DNA from: Blastocystis sp. Blastoise
Lineage: Eukaryota; Protista; Bigyra: Opalinata
Reading direction: 5' to 3'
Assembly: GCA_039096225.1 (NCBI GenBank)
Contig: JBBPEB010000007.1
Location: 1,363,928-1,427,927, forward strand
DNA: 64,000 bases
Positions 11,198-24,074 of this stretch are shown here, in pieces. The first letter of the stretch is position 1. Each line of letters opens with the position of its first letter. The translations under genes and the position numbers were made by a program. The notes beneath the pieces are model-generated. The model saw only the letters and a program-made list of their open reading frames with translations. It did not search any database and was not told the DNA's origin.

Positions 11198-14100
11198 AAT
11201 TAAAAAAAAACAATTAAAAAGAATATCAATAAAATAGGAATCACTAACTATATATATATACTTTAAGAATGGCGAATCTTGCTCTGCAGTGAGCTTGACC
11301 CCAAGTTCTTGTTTCTGGACTATAGCTCTCTATGCCTACCATACTAGAACGTAATAAAGACAGCCAATTGAGATACATCATCTGCTCTTGTTCTTCTTTA
11401 GTTTTATATCCAAATATAGACAGAACACTAGGGTAAGTAGATAAATATGTATATAAGAGAGAGAGATATTAAATAATTGTTTTTAATATTATTGAAATAG
11501 AATTAAAGAATATTAAAAAAATTATAAGTAAAAACATCAATACAATGTTAATAGTCATATATTAAGAATATTATAATGATAATATACATAAATAGATTCC
11601 AACAGATTCTGCTCTGCATTCTTCATAAGGATTTGCTAAATCTTTATATAAACTAGTCCACGATTCACCATCCTTATAAAAAGATGTCACAGGTTCTCCA
11701 GTAACAATATTCTTTAATTGTCCATAATTAAAGTTAAATACTTCTTTTCCCTCCTTATCCTTTTCTTGAAGGAATAATTTACCGCTACCGTGACCTAATA
11801 ATTCATGAAGACCTACTTGTACCTATATATATATATATTATATATATAATATAATAAGAATAATATACTATTTATAGATTAAGAAAATATATATATAGAA
11901 ATAAATATAAAAAATTAAAAATGACTATATGTATATATACAGAGAAAGCTTCGTTTGCTCGTTTATATAATTGTTGATCTTGTTCACGAATGAAAGTGAC
12001 ACGATCTTTCGAGTTATGAGCATTAATAACATTACCAAGAGAATTATATATATATATATAAAGGTACTAAAATTTTAAAAAAATAATAATAATTATATAT
12101 ATATATTTATAAGTAATTAAATAATTATTGCATAAGTATGAAAAATAAATTATTAAAAATAAAAAAAAAGGAATATATACCAAGAGAGACATTTTTGAAT
12201 CCAAGTGTTTGACGAACTTCTTCATAGTTTGGAATATTAATGCCACTTGGAAGACCCCCACAAGCATAAGTTAATATATCTATGGATGTAAAATCAGGCT
12301 TACTAAACTTATCCTATATATATATATATATAAAGAACTTTCTTTTTAATAAAATACTAATAATAATACTTATGTAAAGGAAAAATAAACAAAAATTTGA
12401 ATTAAAAAAATGATTTAATAGAGAATAAAATTCAATTTTTTTGTGAATTAATAAATAGTTAATGTATATAAATATATATAACTAAATCTATTCCATAAAT
12501 AAATAAGAAAAATAATAATAAAATATATATACTCGTTCATATTCCTTTCCCCAGGGGAGAAGAGGTAGAATGACAGGAGCTTGTTCTACTAAGTGTTGAA
12601 GTGTTAAGGTCATCTCTTTATTCTGAATAGCAACAAAACCTTCATATTCACCACGAACACCAACAGGATCTCTAGAAATATATATATGTAATTATAAAAC
12701 GTATAGTCTATTATATTTTATTATATATAATATTTTATATAATTTATTATTTATTTATAATTTGTATTATATAGTGTTTATTATATTCTATTTCAAATAA
12801 AAACAAATGAAAAAAAAATATAGTATATAAAAGAGAATAATATATATATATATACCTATAAGTTTCAATAAATCCATTATAATTTTCTACTACAGGTCCT
12901 TTGTCTTGAATCCAATATTTACTGCCTTCAATATGTTTTTCAATATCACCTATTTAATATATATATGTAAAGAAGAACTATTCTGTTATATATAGAATAC
13001 TAATATATATAGATAAACAAAGAGAGCATACCGGTTGTAAATGATTGAATATATAATTCTAAGGCTTTCTTTTGAGTATCATTACTAGCGTATTTAATAG
13101 CTTCGGATAAATAATCGCACATGCTCTTCATAATAGGAGAATAATCACCAGTCACAATCTATACATAGTTTTATATAATTATAAAGAGAAGAAAACTTAT
13201 ATAGGTAGAATAATAAAAGAGAATTATATAATAAAAAATTAGAAAGATAACGAAGATAATCAAAATGATAAAAAAAAAAAGAATAATAAAATAATAATAT
13301 ATATATATAAAATATAAAAACAATTAAAATAATAAAACATAAAAACATAATAAAAAAACAATAAAAATAATACAACATAAAAAACAATAAAAATAATACA
13401 ACATAAAAAACAATAACAATAAAAAAACATAAAAAAACAATAAAAAAAAACAACAAATACAATAAAAACAATAAAACAACAAATACAATAAAAATAAAAA
13501 TACCTTAATGGTAACACCTTGATAATGATATTCTTTAACTGGAAGACGTTCACTACTGGCTAATCTTAATTCATATTCAGCATCATTCAGCTTCCATAAA
13601 CGAGTATTCCAAGCTTGAATTTTATTTTCATTTAAAAATCTACGTTAATAACATATATATAATAATTTTAAAAAATATATATATATTTAAAATAATAATT
13701 TATGTATAAAATAAATAATATAAAATAATAATAATTATAATAAATAGATTGAATACTGTTGAATGAATTCTGCATCTTTTCGAGTGACATTAGGAGAATA
13801 ATAAGTATTAATACCGTGATTATCAATACCAATTCTTAATACATTATTACTGATATCAAATAATTGATCTTGAATCTTATTATAAATAGAAGTCATAAAT
13901 TTATTTTCTTTTTCAAAAGCAGTAGAAGCAAATAAAATCTTTTCAAATTGTTGACGACTTAGAGCTGGAAATATCTTTGTATCTCCAAAACTTCTATATA
14001 TATTATATATATTATATATTATATTCTATATTGTTTATTGTATAAAATATGTTTATAATAAATATCATGAATAGATTATAAAATATTATATATAATAGTA

Positions 14101-14675
14101 TAAATACTATAATATATACCTATAATTACCCATATTACCAAATACATTACAAGCATAAATCAAAAAATCATTAATAGGTTCTTCATCAATCTATATATAT
14201 ATATATTAATAATAAAAAAAATTTAAATATCTTTATAAAAAACAATAAAAAAACACTTTATAAAAAGCAATAGAAAAAAAATACATTGAGTTTTTCTTTG
14301 ACTTCTTTTTTGAAAGTATCTGCTCTTTGATAAGTAAATACTTTTTGAAATATAGAAAGTAAACTTGGACTTTCTGGAGATGTTTGAATAGCTACAATCT
14401 ATTTAAAACAAATATAGAAATACATTATAAATATATTAAAAAAAGCAACAATTATTATAAATGACTGAAGAAATATGACAAGCATACACGATTTCCTTCA
14501 GCGAAAGCTCGAGATAAATAATAAGAATAAAGTTTCTCTTGTTGAGTCAAACAATTAAAGGCAGCAACACAATCCAATCTTAATATGTTAACAGTCTTCA
14601 AGCAAACAAACTATATATAAATGCTTTTAATTAGATCCTATAGGACTATACTTGTTTTAAAAGAGTACTACTCAT
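10436..14675 (-). CDS. DPP3: Dipeptidyl peptidase III (peptidase M49), about 15 introns
   Basis: Zinc-binding [15 protein letters not shown] (~11775-11820) and EECRAE (~11607-11624), plus [59 protein letters not shown]; frame followed from ATG 14675 to TAA 10438-10436. Confidence 0.96.
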
Positions 14676-15368
14676 TTGTATATAAAATAGAAGATAAACA
14701 AATAATGAGAAAAAACTATGAAAAGATTTCTTTTTTCTAGAAGAAATTCCTTAAAAACCTTGATTCATATTCTTTATTCTTTTTTTGTATGTTTATTGAA
14801 TTCTAATTCATTATTCTTATTAAAATTATATTCTGAATGTTTCAGAGAGTTTGTCTATTAGAAATAATAAAATGTTTAAAGTGTATTGATTGTTTGAAAG
14901 TGTTCAATAGTTGCTGAAATGTATGTTTATTAAGTGTTGTAAGTTCTAGTGATAAATGGTGAGTGTAGAGACGTGTAGATCAAGTTATATTGAAATTCTA
15001 TTTTTTTTAAACTCTTGTGATTTGCATTATAAAGCAATGTTTCAATCTCTTTATATATTGTACAGTAATTTCAATTTATAATATAGCATATTTAAATGCA
15101 TTTCAAAAAATGTAGTTCATTTAAGATAAGAATTTGATTTTTCTGAGTATTTGATATTATTAGTCTAATTTTATTGCATGCAATAATATGTGAAATTATT
15201 TAATTCGATGACAACAATTGTTTATGATACTCTAATAATTGAATGATTTCCGCAAATTAGTCATTTTTTAACTTTAAGCTATTCTTTGTTATTTAATGAA
15301 ACACTTTTTTGTGTGCATTTCTATATATCACAAGAATTCTATAAAAAAAAAGAGAAAAAGTTAAAAAT

Positions 15369-15440
15369 TGAGGGTGACGTGATTCGAACACGCAACCGCT
15401 AGATCTGGAATCTAGCGCGCTACCGTTGCGCCACACCCCC
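15369..15440 (-). tRNA. tRNA-Trp(CCA), intronless
   Basis: GGGGGTG-TGGCGCAACGGTAGCGCG-CTAGA-TTCCAGA-TCTAG-CGGTT-GCGTG-TTCGAAT-CACGT-CACCCTC-A: full cloverleaf, anticodon CCA, TTCGAA T-loop. Confidence 0.96.
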
Positions 15441-15739
15441 AAGCTTATTATTTTAAATAATTATTCCTACATAATAGTTTCAATCATAAAAAGCATAAAA
15501 AAATGTTCTTTTAAAGACCTTACTCTATTAATTTCGTTAAAATGATAAACAAAACACATTCAATTATGATTTAGAATAGAAAAAATACATATATGGTTTA
15601 TATAGAAAACATACCTATGATAGAAAAAGTATTATTATAAGATAACAAAAAAAAAATAATAGAAAAGAGGAGTAGAGAAAAAAAATGATAAAAAGCATTT
15701 TATTCGTTACACTAGTAATTTCAATTATTTCTTATTGAT

Positions 15740-17133
15740 TTACTTATGAAAAGTAGGTTTACCAAAGCTGCCTCTGCCTCCAAAAGAAGGTTTACCGAAG
15801 CTACCACTACCGCCACGACCTCCGAAAGAACCACCACGACCACCAAAGGAGCCGCCACGTCCTCCAAAGGAACCGCCACGAGGAGCACCACCTCTACCAC
15901 CTCTACCACCGGCACCACGACCTCCACGAGAACCTCCTTTAGTACCTTCTCTATATAGATAAGTATAGTAAGACATAATAAAAAAGAAAGTATATTTGAT
16001 TGTATTATAAATTATTAATTTAATTATAAAAGAATATATTTTAATTATAAAAGAATATATTTAATTATAAAATAATATATTTAAATAATAAAATAATATA
16101 TTTAAAGTATAAAATAATATATTTAAATAATAATATAATATACTCAGTAAAACGAGAAAGAGGTAATAATTTTTGGGGATTAATATAAACGATATCACCA
16201 CTCTTGAATGATTCAGCCTTAACAGCTATATAAAATAAATAAATTAAAAAAAAATAAAAATAAATAAATTATAAAAAATAAATAATAAAAAATAAATTGT
16301 AATAAATAAAAAATAAATAAAAAAAAAAATAAAAATAAATAAATTATAAAAAATAAATAATAAATAATAAAAAATATTAAATAATAAATCAATAAAAAAA
16401 AACATACTACTATCACATTTAACAGTTAAATGAACATCATTAATAGCACCTAAGATTTCATCAACTTTACCGATTTTAGTCTTATTTTCAAGATAAACAG
16501 GAGCATTGAAATAAGGAATCTATAATGAATAAAATAATTAACATATAATGCATAAAATAATTAACATATAATGCATAAAATAATTAACATATAACGAATA
16601 GAATAATTAACATATAATGAATAGAATAATTAAAATATAAATAATAGAATAATTAAAATATAATGAATAAAATAATTAACATATAATGAATAAAATAATT
16701 AACATATAATGAATAGAATAATTAACATATAATGAATAAAATAATTAACATATAATGAATAAAATAATTAACAAATAATGAATAAAATAATTAACATATA
16801 AGAATAAAAAAATAAATATAGAGAGAGAATGAAAAATAAAGATTAATTAAGAAATTCATCAATAATAAAATACCTTAGTGTTAGTGCATTTACAAACAAG
16901 ATCACCTTCAGTACTATGAAGAACATTACCAAGAACTATATAGAAATAGGATAGAAAACAAATTGAATTGATGAAGAACAAGATTAGGAGACTATGATTA
17001 TACCTTCTACAGTATCCGGAGGACCTTCATCATAATCACGACGACCTCCATTACCTTGTCCACCACGACCTCTACCGCCACTGAAGCCTCCACGGCCACC
17101 TCTATTTCCACCTCTTCCACCTCTGAAACTCAT
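15740..17133 (-). CDS. GAR1: H/ACA snoRNP subunit Gar1 (5 exons)
   Basis: RGG-rich termini (MSFRGGRGG..., ...[12 protein letters not shown]...) flanking core [24 protein letters not shown]...[28 protein letters not shown]...KLLPLSRF; GT-AG introns phase compatible. Confidence 0.96.
16521..16796. repeat. 23-nt minisatellite, 12 copies, in GAR1 intron 2
   Basis: Unit TATAATGAATAAAATAATTAACA (plus strand) repeated 12 times with 0-4 substitutions; abuts the AG acceptor at 16521-16520. Confidence 0.93.
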
Positions 17134-17769
17134 TTTAGGAAGAATATGAATTAATACAAATAAAAAATATAAAATTAAATCAAACTGATATTGTATATAT
17201 CTGAATGGAGAAGAAAATTCCAAGAAAACAAAGTTGTTTTTCTGCTAAATAAACGTGATTTCCATGAATCTCCGTATTTTTAAGGTTTTATTTATTATTC
17301 TTTATTCAAATCTGTGTAATTCTACGAATTATTTGGACTGTGAGATATATATGTATGAAACAATAGGAAATAATGATTAGGTGTAATGGTTTTTATTTCT
17401 TTTATAAATTATAAAATTTATTTAAAGAACATTCTATCGAAAAAGACCATTTCATTCCTTTGATATAAAACAATAAATTAGTTATACTGTTTTCAAGTAA
17501 TTGTGATATCAAGAACAGTTTCAGAATGAATAAAATAAGAAAGCAAAATAATATGTTTTAATTACGTTTTCTATTTTGAGATTCTTTGTTCTCAATAGCT
17601 TTCATTTATGTATTTATATTGTGTTCATCTGCAGAGTATGTTTATATAGAAAATATCATGAAAGAGGAACCATGAAAACACTTTTTTAAACCAAACAAAT
17701 GAATATTGATTCATTTGCTTGCAATATATAACGAGAATTGTTTTCAATGACTTTATTTGAATAGAATAA

Positions 17770-18263
17770 TTACTGAACAATTTCTTTTAGATGGTTGTCA
17801 AGTTCAATAAAACTTTCACTAGAAAAATCAGAAGGTATATTTAAAAATAATATAAATCCATTAGGACAATCCATAATTCTTTTTAACTTTGAAAAAAGTT
17901 TTGAAATAAGAAGTGCTTCTTTTGTTTCCATACCTAGAAGAAACTTTATACTGTGAATTAGTTAAGGTTTCAAATAGAGTTTAGATATATAGTTTCTTAA
18001 ATAGAAAGAACAATATATAGAATAGTATCTATAAAATAAGGATATATAACATTCTCCATCAAAAAGAGAGAATTGTTGACTTTTTGGAACATAAGAAATA
18101 ACAGATCCAGGTTTACCATCGTACGAAAGAAAAATCTCAGCTTTATTTTTGAAGATTGCGATGTATAATGAATAATTGATTTTATTTATTGTCTATAGAA
18201 AAGTAAAATAGTATACACATAGATTGATGACGTTCATACAAATGAATCTAGAATAGTGTCCAT
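17770..18263 (-). CDS. PSMG3: Proteasome assembly chaperone 3 (PAC3)-like, 117 aa; exons 18263-18240, 18192-18046, 17952-17770
   Basis: Not in the ORF track. Spliced product MDTILDSFTINKINYSLYIAIFKNKAEIFLSYDGKPGSVISYVPKSQQFSLFDGECYSIKFLLGMETKEALLISKLFSKLKRIMDCPNGFILFLNIPSDFSSESFIELDNHLKEIVQ*; size and the F....hhhs..GK.Gshh and .k.LLG patterns fit PAC3. Confidence 0.72.
17953..18045 (-). other. U12-type AT-AC intron (93 nt)
   Basis: 5' ATATCCTT at 18045, branch CCTTAAC at 17967-17961, 3' AC at 17954-17953; phase-0 removal opens a 60-codon terminal exon. Confidence 0.9.
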
Positions 18264-18730
18264 TTTTTATTTAAAAAATAAAAAAATAAATATTATTTTG
18301 AAGAAAATTATTAAGAAATTCTAAAAATATAAATTCAAGAATTTTGAAAATGATTAAAGAAATAGGGTTTGAATTCAGTGACTGATTCTCTTTTTTATTT
18401 AATATAAAGAACGAAACGAATAGCTAATGTCTTGATTACAGATGAACAAACAAAGATAAGAATAAGAAATATTATATTTGCAATTTATTTAGCATAGTAT
18501 TTGCGGCTAATTTCAAATAAAAAAAAGGATAAATCATAATAGAAAAGAAAATAATAACAAAAGGATTGCTACGAAAAAAGGTCAATTTGAAGAAAATATA
18601 TAGTTTATATTAAAATGCATATAAAAAAATGATATAAAATAGTAAATAAAATATATATATTTATGGTAACAAAAAAATGATTGAAAAAAACTCAAGAATT
18701 CACACGAATAAGTATATAGAATGTCTATAT

Positions 18731-20815
18731 TTAGTCTTTAAATGCTTTTCTACCTTCTTCAGAAAAACCTGAACGTCTTTCATTCGCTTGAGGAAGTCCT
18801 TGAGATGAGAAAAGTCCAAATTTAGTATTTGGAATAGAAGGGAGTCGTTGAAGTTGTTTTTTCTCATAAGCTTTAATATCCATCGGTGTATGATCCCCTT
18901 CTTCTATTTCCCATGCATATTCTTGAGATCCATTTTCTTCTTTATGAGTAGGTGTAGGAAGAGGAATAGGTGTACCTAAAACATCTTCAAACATAGGATC
19001 AAAATAATCTAGTTCTTGTTCTTTAGGAGAGAATGAATGACTTGGAGGAACAGGAGAACCTAATAAATCTTCATATAAATAATCAAAATCTTCTTCTTCT
19101 TCTTCTTCTTCTATTTCCTGTTCATACATCTTTGCATACATTCTATTCTTCTGAATATTTGCATAATTATCCACTGAAGGAATTATCTTTGAAGTATCTT
19201 TATATAAAAAGATTTTATTAAATATATATATATTGAATTGTTTGAAAGAAATTATGTTATTTTTATATATTTTTATAAAAAAAATAAATATCATGTTATT
19301 TTTATATGTTTTTATATAAAAAATTAATATATAATAAAAAGAAAATATTTAATTAAAAGAAAATATATCATTAAAATAAAATAATAAAATTATAAAAATT
19401 AAAAAAAAAACAACATAAAGCATACCTAAATAATTCTGTTTAATATTCTTTTCAAAATCATCACGGATTTCTTCTTGAATTTCTTGTAATTCTTCTTCTT
19501 TTTCTTTCTCTTGTTGTTGTTTTTGTTCTTTGTGACTTTGAACATGATGATGATTCCCGTATTTCTCTTTTACTCTCTCTTGAACTTCTTTCAATTGTTT
19601 CGCAGACACTTCTTCGATCGTAGATTTAAGAACTTTCTGCTTAATCTCATCTAATACTTCCTTTTCTATCTCATTCATTTCTTTTCGCTTCGTAAACAAA
19701 CCTTCCATCTGCTTATTAATACCTATCTTAGCTTCTTCTTCTCTATGTTTTTGAATCTTTAAATCATTTCGTATATCATCCATATCTCCTAAATTATATG
19801 TTTTATCTTGTTTTGATTTATTCTTTGGAACTGAATGTACTTTTATAATTGCTTTATATTGATCCTTACATGGTGTTATACGTCCTTCTACACCTACATG
19901 ACAATTACTTAATGCAAATACTTTCACATCTTGTATTGTAATATGATTTAATACATAAACTATATCCGATAAAGAACCTTCTAATATAACCAGTTTCGTA
20001 TAGGCTTTTCCACTTCGTTCATAATCATCCGTTATTTTCAATCGACTTATATCTCCTTTTGGAGCAGGATAAGAACTATATATATATATATATATAGATA
20101 GATGATGAATAGTATTGATTCATAATATTTATGAGAGGTTGCTATAAATAATAAATAATTGTTTTTTTTTTGAAATAATAAAAAATATACAGCCCTCCAT
20201 ATCCCCGAGCTATTAAATACTGACTCGCTACACTTGTATAACCTTTCGCAAATATACTATTTATATACATTTTATAAATTAAATAAATATAAAAATATAT
20301 TAAAAAATAAATTAAATAAATATAAAATAAATTAAATAAATAATAAATAAAAACATATAAATATAATTAAAAACATATAAAAATAATTAAAAACATATAA
20401 ATAACATAAATAAACATAGCAATAAAACAGTATACCTTTCACGCAAACGTCGACCTATCTCTGGATCTGTAGTATCACATAAATTAGTTAAACCTTTTCT
20501 TCGATCATTTTGTCCAATTAAATAACCTGTAGGAATACCAACAGCACAACTTAATCCAACTCTTTTCCATAATGTAAGCCACTTTATGAAGATCATAGGA
20601 GTTATAATAGCGAATGTAGTTAAAAAGGTAGCTTCCTTTACATCATAATCTGTTCTTTTAACAATTCGACGAGCATCTGGTGTCCATTGATAACCAAGAA
20701 TGTTCTTGTGTTTCGTAACGACAGAAGCGATCTCAGACAACTGTTTTCGATCAAGACATGGAACTATCAGTTGTCTTTTATCCATTACTGTTAGCACAGA
20801 ATCTTTGTCTACCAT
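18731..20815 (-). CDS. Hypothetical protein with N-terminal hydrophobic hairpin, coiled coil and acidic C-terminus (4 exons)
   Basis: ORFs 20387-20815, 19349-20041 and 18731-19294 plus a small exon at ~20191-20257 join through GT-AG introns; hydrophobic stretch FLTTFAIITPMIFIKWLTLWKRVGLSCAVGIPTGYLIG; no family recognised. Confidence 0.7.
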
Positions 20816-21965
20816 ATGTATTGCGTTAAATGAAAAATGAATTATTATTATGTATAAAATAGGATCTTTTACTGAAAAGAACTTATTTTATAGGGAAACA
20901 GTTAGACTAAAGGAAAATCTAAAGAAGAAAAAGATTCGAATCGAATGAATACTGAAGCGTCATTGGAGATTTTATTCTTTTTTTTTGTGATTATCCTCAT
21001 TTTTTAAAAAAGTTTCTCCTTTTTATTATTGATTGATCTATCTGTATATGTTCTTAGTGTATCATATTCTTTTTGAATAGAATGAACTATACTTTTGTGT
21101 ATGGAACGAATGGAATAAGAAATGGATGCTTTTTAGATCAATTTTCTATGAAGACAAGTGTGACTTTTTAATATTAATCAATAGAACATGAAATAAGTAT
21201 TCTATAAAAAAGGAAAAACAAGCACAATATGGAGAATGTGGTTGATCTACAAAATAAAAACGAAATTTGATGTGAGGAACCTTTTTGTTGATAATAAGTG
21301 ATATTTTCTGGGTAATCGTTTATTTAGAGGATGAGCTGATTCTGTTTGTGTAAAAATTTTTAATTAAATGAAATTAATAAAGCTATGATAAAAGAAAAAG
21401 AGTATTAATATCATTCTTAAAGAGACGAAACACAATATAAACTGATATATACTTGATAAATAAATGGTAGTAACCTATGAATAATTAAAAGACAATTGAT
21501 AATAGAATTCTTTTATGAATATAATAAAGAAAATAAACTTATAAAAAACAAAATATTATCAGGAATGCTGAAATAGAATAAATAAGGATAGAGAATATAC
21601 AAATAAGAATGTAAATTATAAAAGATAATGTAAATAGATGTATGAATAATAAATAACAGCGTTTACAAGGCTTATCGAGAATACTAAATAAATAAAAGAA
21701 TGCTTATTAATTTAAATTAAAAAAATAATGAAATGGGTAGGATAATAAATAATAATAATAATAATAATATTAGTTAATATATATATATATAGTTCAAGTA
21801 AAGAAATATGATGAAGAATATAAAGATATATAATAATAAAGAGTAATTAAAGAGTATAGTATCTAAAGTAAATAATATAAATTTATTTTATGAGAAGATT
21901 TTAAATAATAAAAGTGTTGTCTACAAAAGTATAATTGAAAAAAGTAAATGAATCAAAAAATATTT

Positions 21966-24074
21966 TTATTGTTTGATAAAAACTTCTATATCTTCTACTT
22001 TAAAGAATGATTTCGATTGTTTAGGTTCTAGATCTATATATAGACTTGATTTATAAATAGGATGTTGTTCATAGACAGGGTCTTGGTCATCAAACATAAT
22101 GTGACTATAACTATTACTATTACAATCATCACTAATACAAATACCACAATTAAAACAAGGACCCCAATTCCTATTATACCGAAGAGCATCATATTTCTGA
22201 TTATTCTTATATTGAGAAGGAACAATATGATGAGGATTCTGTAACGTAAATAAAAACGCATTCTTATCATATATACTAGTCCAATCTATAGTGATATTAT
22301 ATAGTTTATGTTATTTTATTATATTATATTATTATATTATTATATTATAGTATTATATAAAAATAAAAAAATAATATAAATAATAAAAATAATATAATAT
22401 AACTATCATCATTCAATCTTAATAAATAAACTTATTATATACCTTTATCTTCAGTGAATTTCCATCCCACTTGTGAATAACCTCCAAATATACAGGGTAT
22501 TTTATTACTATAGCATTTCACTATAAGAATTGTTTCTCCCTTATTATCACAACGTCGATGAAACTCTTTCGATTTATAACCATCGAATCGACCACTATAT
22601 ATAATTATATAACATATATTATATATATAATAAAATATAATAGTCCAAATATTTACAATAGGATTCATATTATTCTATATATAAATTCCAATAAATATAT
22701 ATATATATACGAATAAACAAGTTTCCATTGGTTGTCCATTCCTGTCCATTCTAATACTTTATAAGCGTAATAATCTGTTAACAGAGAACTACAAGGAAAG
22801 GAGAATAGCGGATGAGGTATCACTGGACATACTAACTGATTATACATTGCTTCATGTATACACATTCCAAGTGCAAGAATATCATGTAGTTTAAGTTCCT
22901 GTTGTTCTAATAACTCAAGGATATTCTTTGGAATAGAATCATTGAAACTAGTTAGAGATTGATTATTAGTATTCTCTAGGGTCTCATCAATAATCTTCTT
23001 ATGAATAAATGAATCAGATAGAGCTGAAACAGATGATTGTATCCATTTATTAGTAGAATTTACATGTGTATTATATACAGTGAGAAGTGATTGCATATGA
23101 TTCTGAATCTTATTTACTAATAAATTTAATTCTTCAGTAACATAAGATATCGAATTCTTTTGAGATTCTATAAAAGACTCATTTTTATTATGATACTTTG
23201 TAATAACATTTGAAAAATTAGTTTTTTCAAAACTTACTTTCTCTTCTTCTTTTTCACATATATTAGTTGTTGCTGTTCGATAGGTCTCTAATGATTCTTC
23301 AAGGATTTGATATCGTTTCATAGCTTCTTCATGGTGATCTTGTATTTGCTTTGATATCGACATTTCAACCATTTCCATTGTAGTTTGAAGATGCTGATAA
23401 TTCATTTCTATTTTCTCTTTTTCATCTTTTAATAAATTATCAAATCGTGGCTTTACACTCAATAAAGTCATTGATACGATATCGTTGTTTCTTTTCACTT
23501 GTGTTTCCATTTCCATCATACGTTCTTCAGCTATTTTATCCAATTTCTGTAAATTTCGCTCGACATTTGAAACATCTGATTTTAAATGTAGAACATCATT
23601 CTTTATATTATTCATCTGACTTTGAATGATAGAAAGACATTGCATTAACATTTTTTCATGTGTCTCATTGGATTTCTTTTGACATTTCAATAATTCCAGT
23701 TGCTTGTCTATTTCTTGTGGAATAGAAATACGGAAAAAAAGCAAATCATCTTTGAGTTCTTGTAATTGTTCTTCTGTTTTTCTATCTAAATTTACATATT
23801 TTCCTTCAAGAAACAAAAGTGCAGAATCCATATTGATTTCAGAGTAATTTATATATATATATCCGGCATCTATTCGTTTTAAAGGATTCATATAGTATTC
23901 ATAAAATAATGTTTTAGGATACAAACATAATGTTGATACAGAAATACTAAATATTCTTGTTTGTGATGGACCAATAAATGTAGCTTTGCCAGGAATTGCA
24001 TCAATAGTTTTTTGAATGTCTTTTTGAGTTTCATTCGTATAATCAAATAGATGACTCTTAAGTAAGGACAACAT
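21966..24074 (-). CDS. BTB/POZ-like - coiled coil - TLDc domain protein (3 exons)
   Basis: N-terminal KCTD-like IFSISVSTLCLYPKTLF...YIYIN; long heptad-rich middle; TLDc motifs WKLVYSGRFDGYKSKEFHRRCDNKGETILIV...IFGGYS..GW...GPCFNCG...FKVEDIEVF; stop 21968-21966. Confidence 0.88.

Noticed and set aside
15369-15440. tRNA-Trp as a UGA read-through variant
   Set aside because: The anticodon stem is a full 5 bp (CTAGA/TCTAG) and intact genes show no in-frame TGA.
16521-16796. CRISPR-like array
   Set aside because: Head-to-tail repeats with no spacers, inside a eukaryotic intron, no cas genes.
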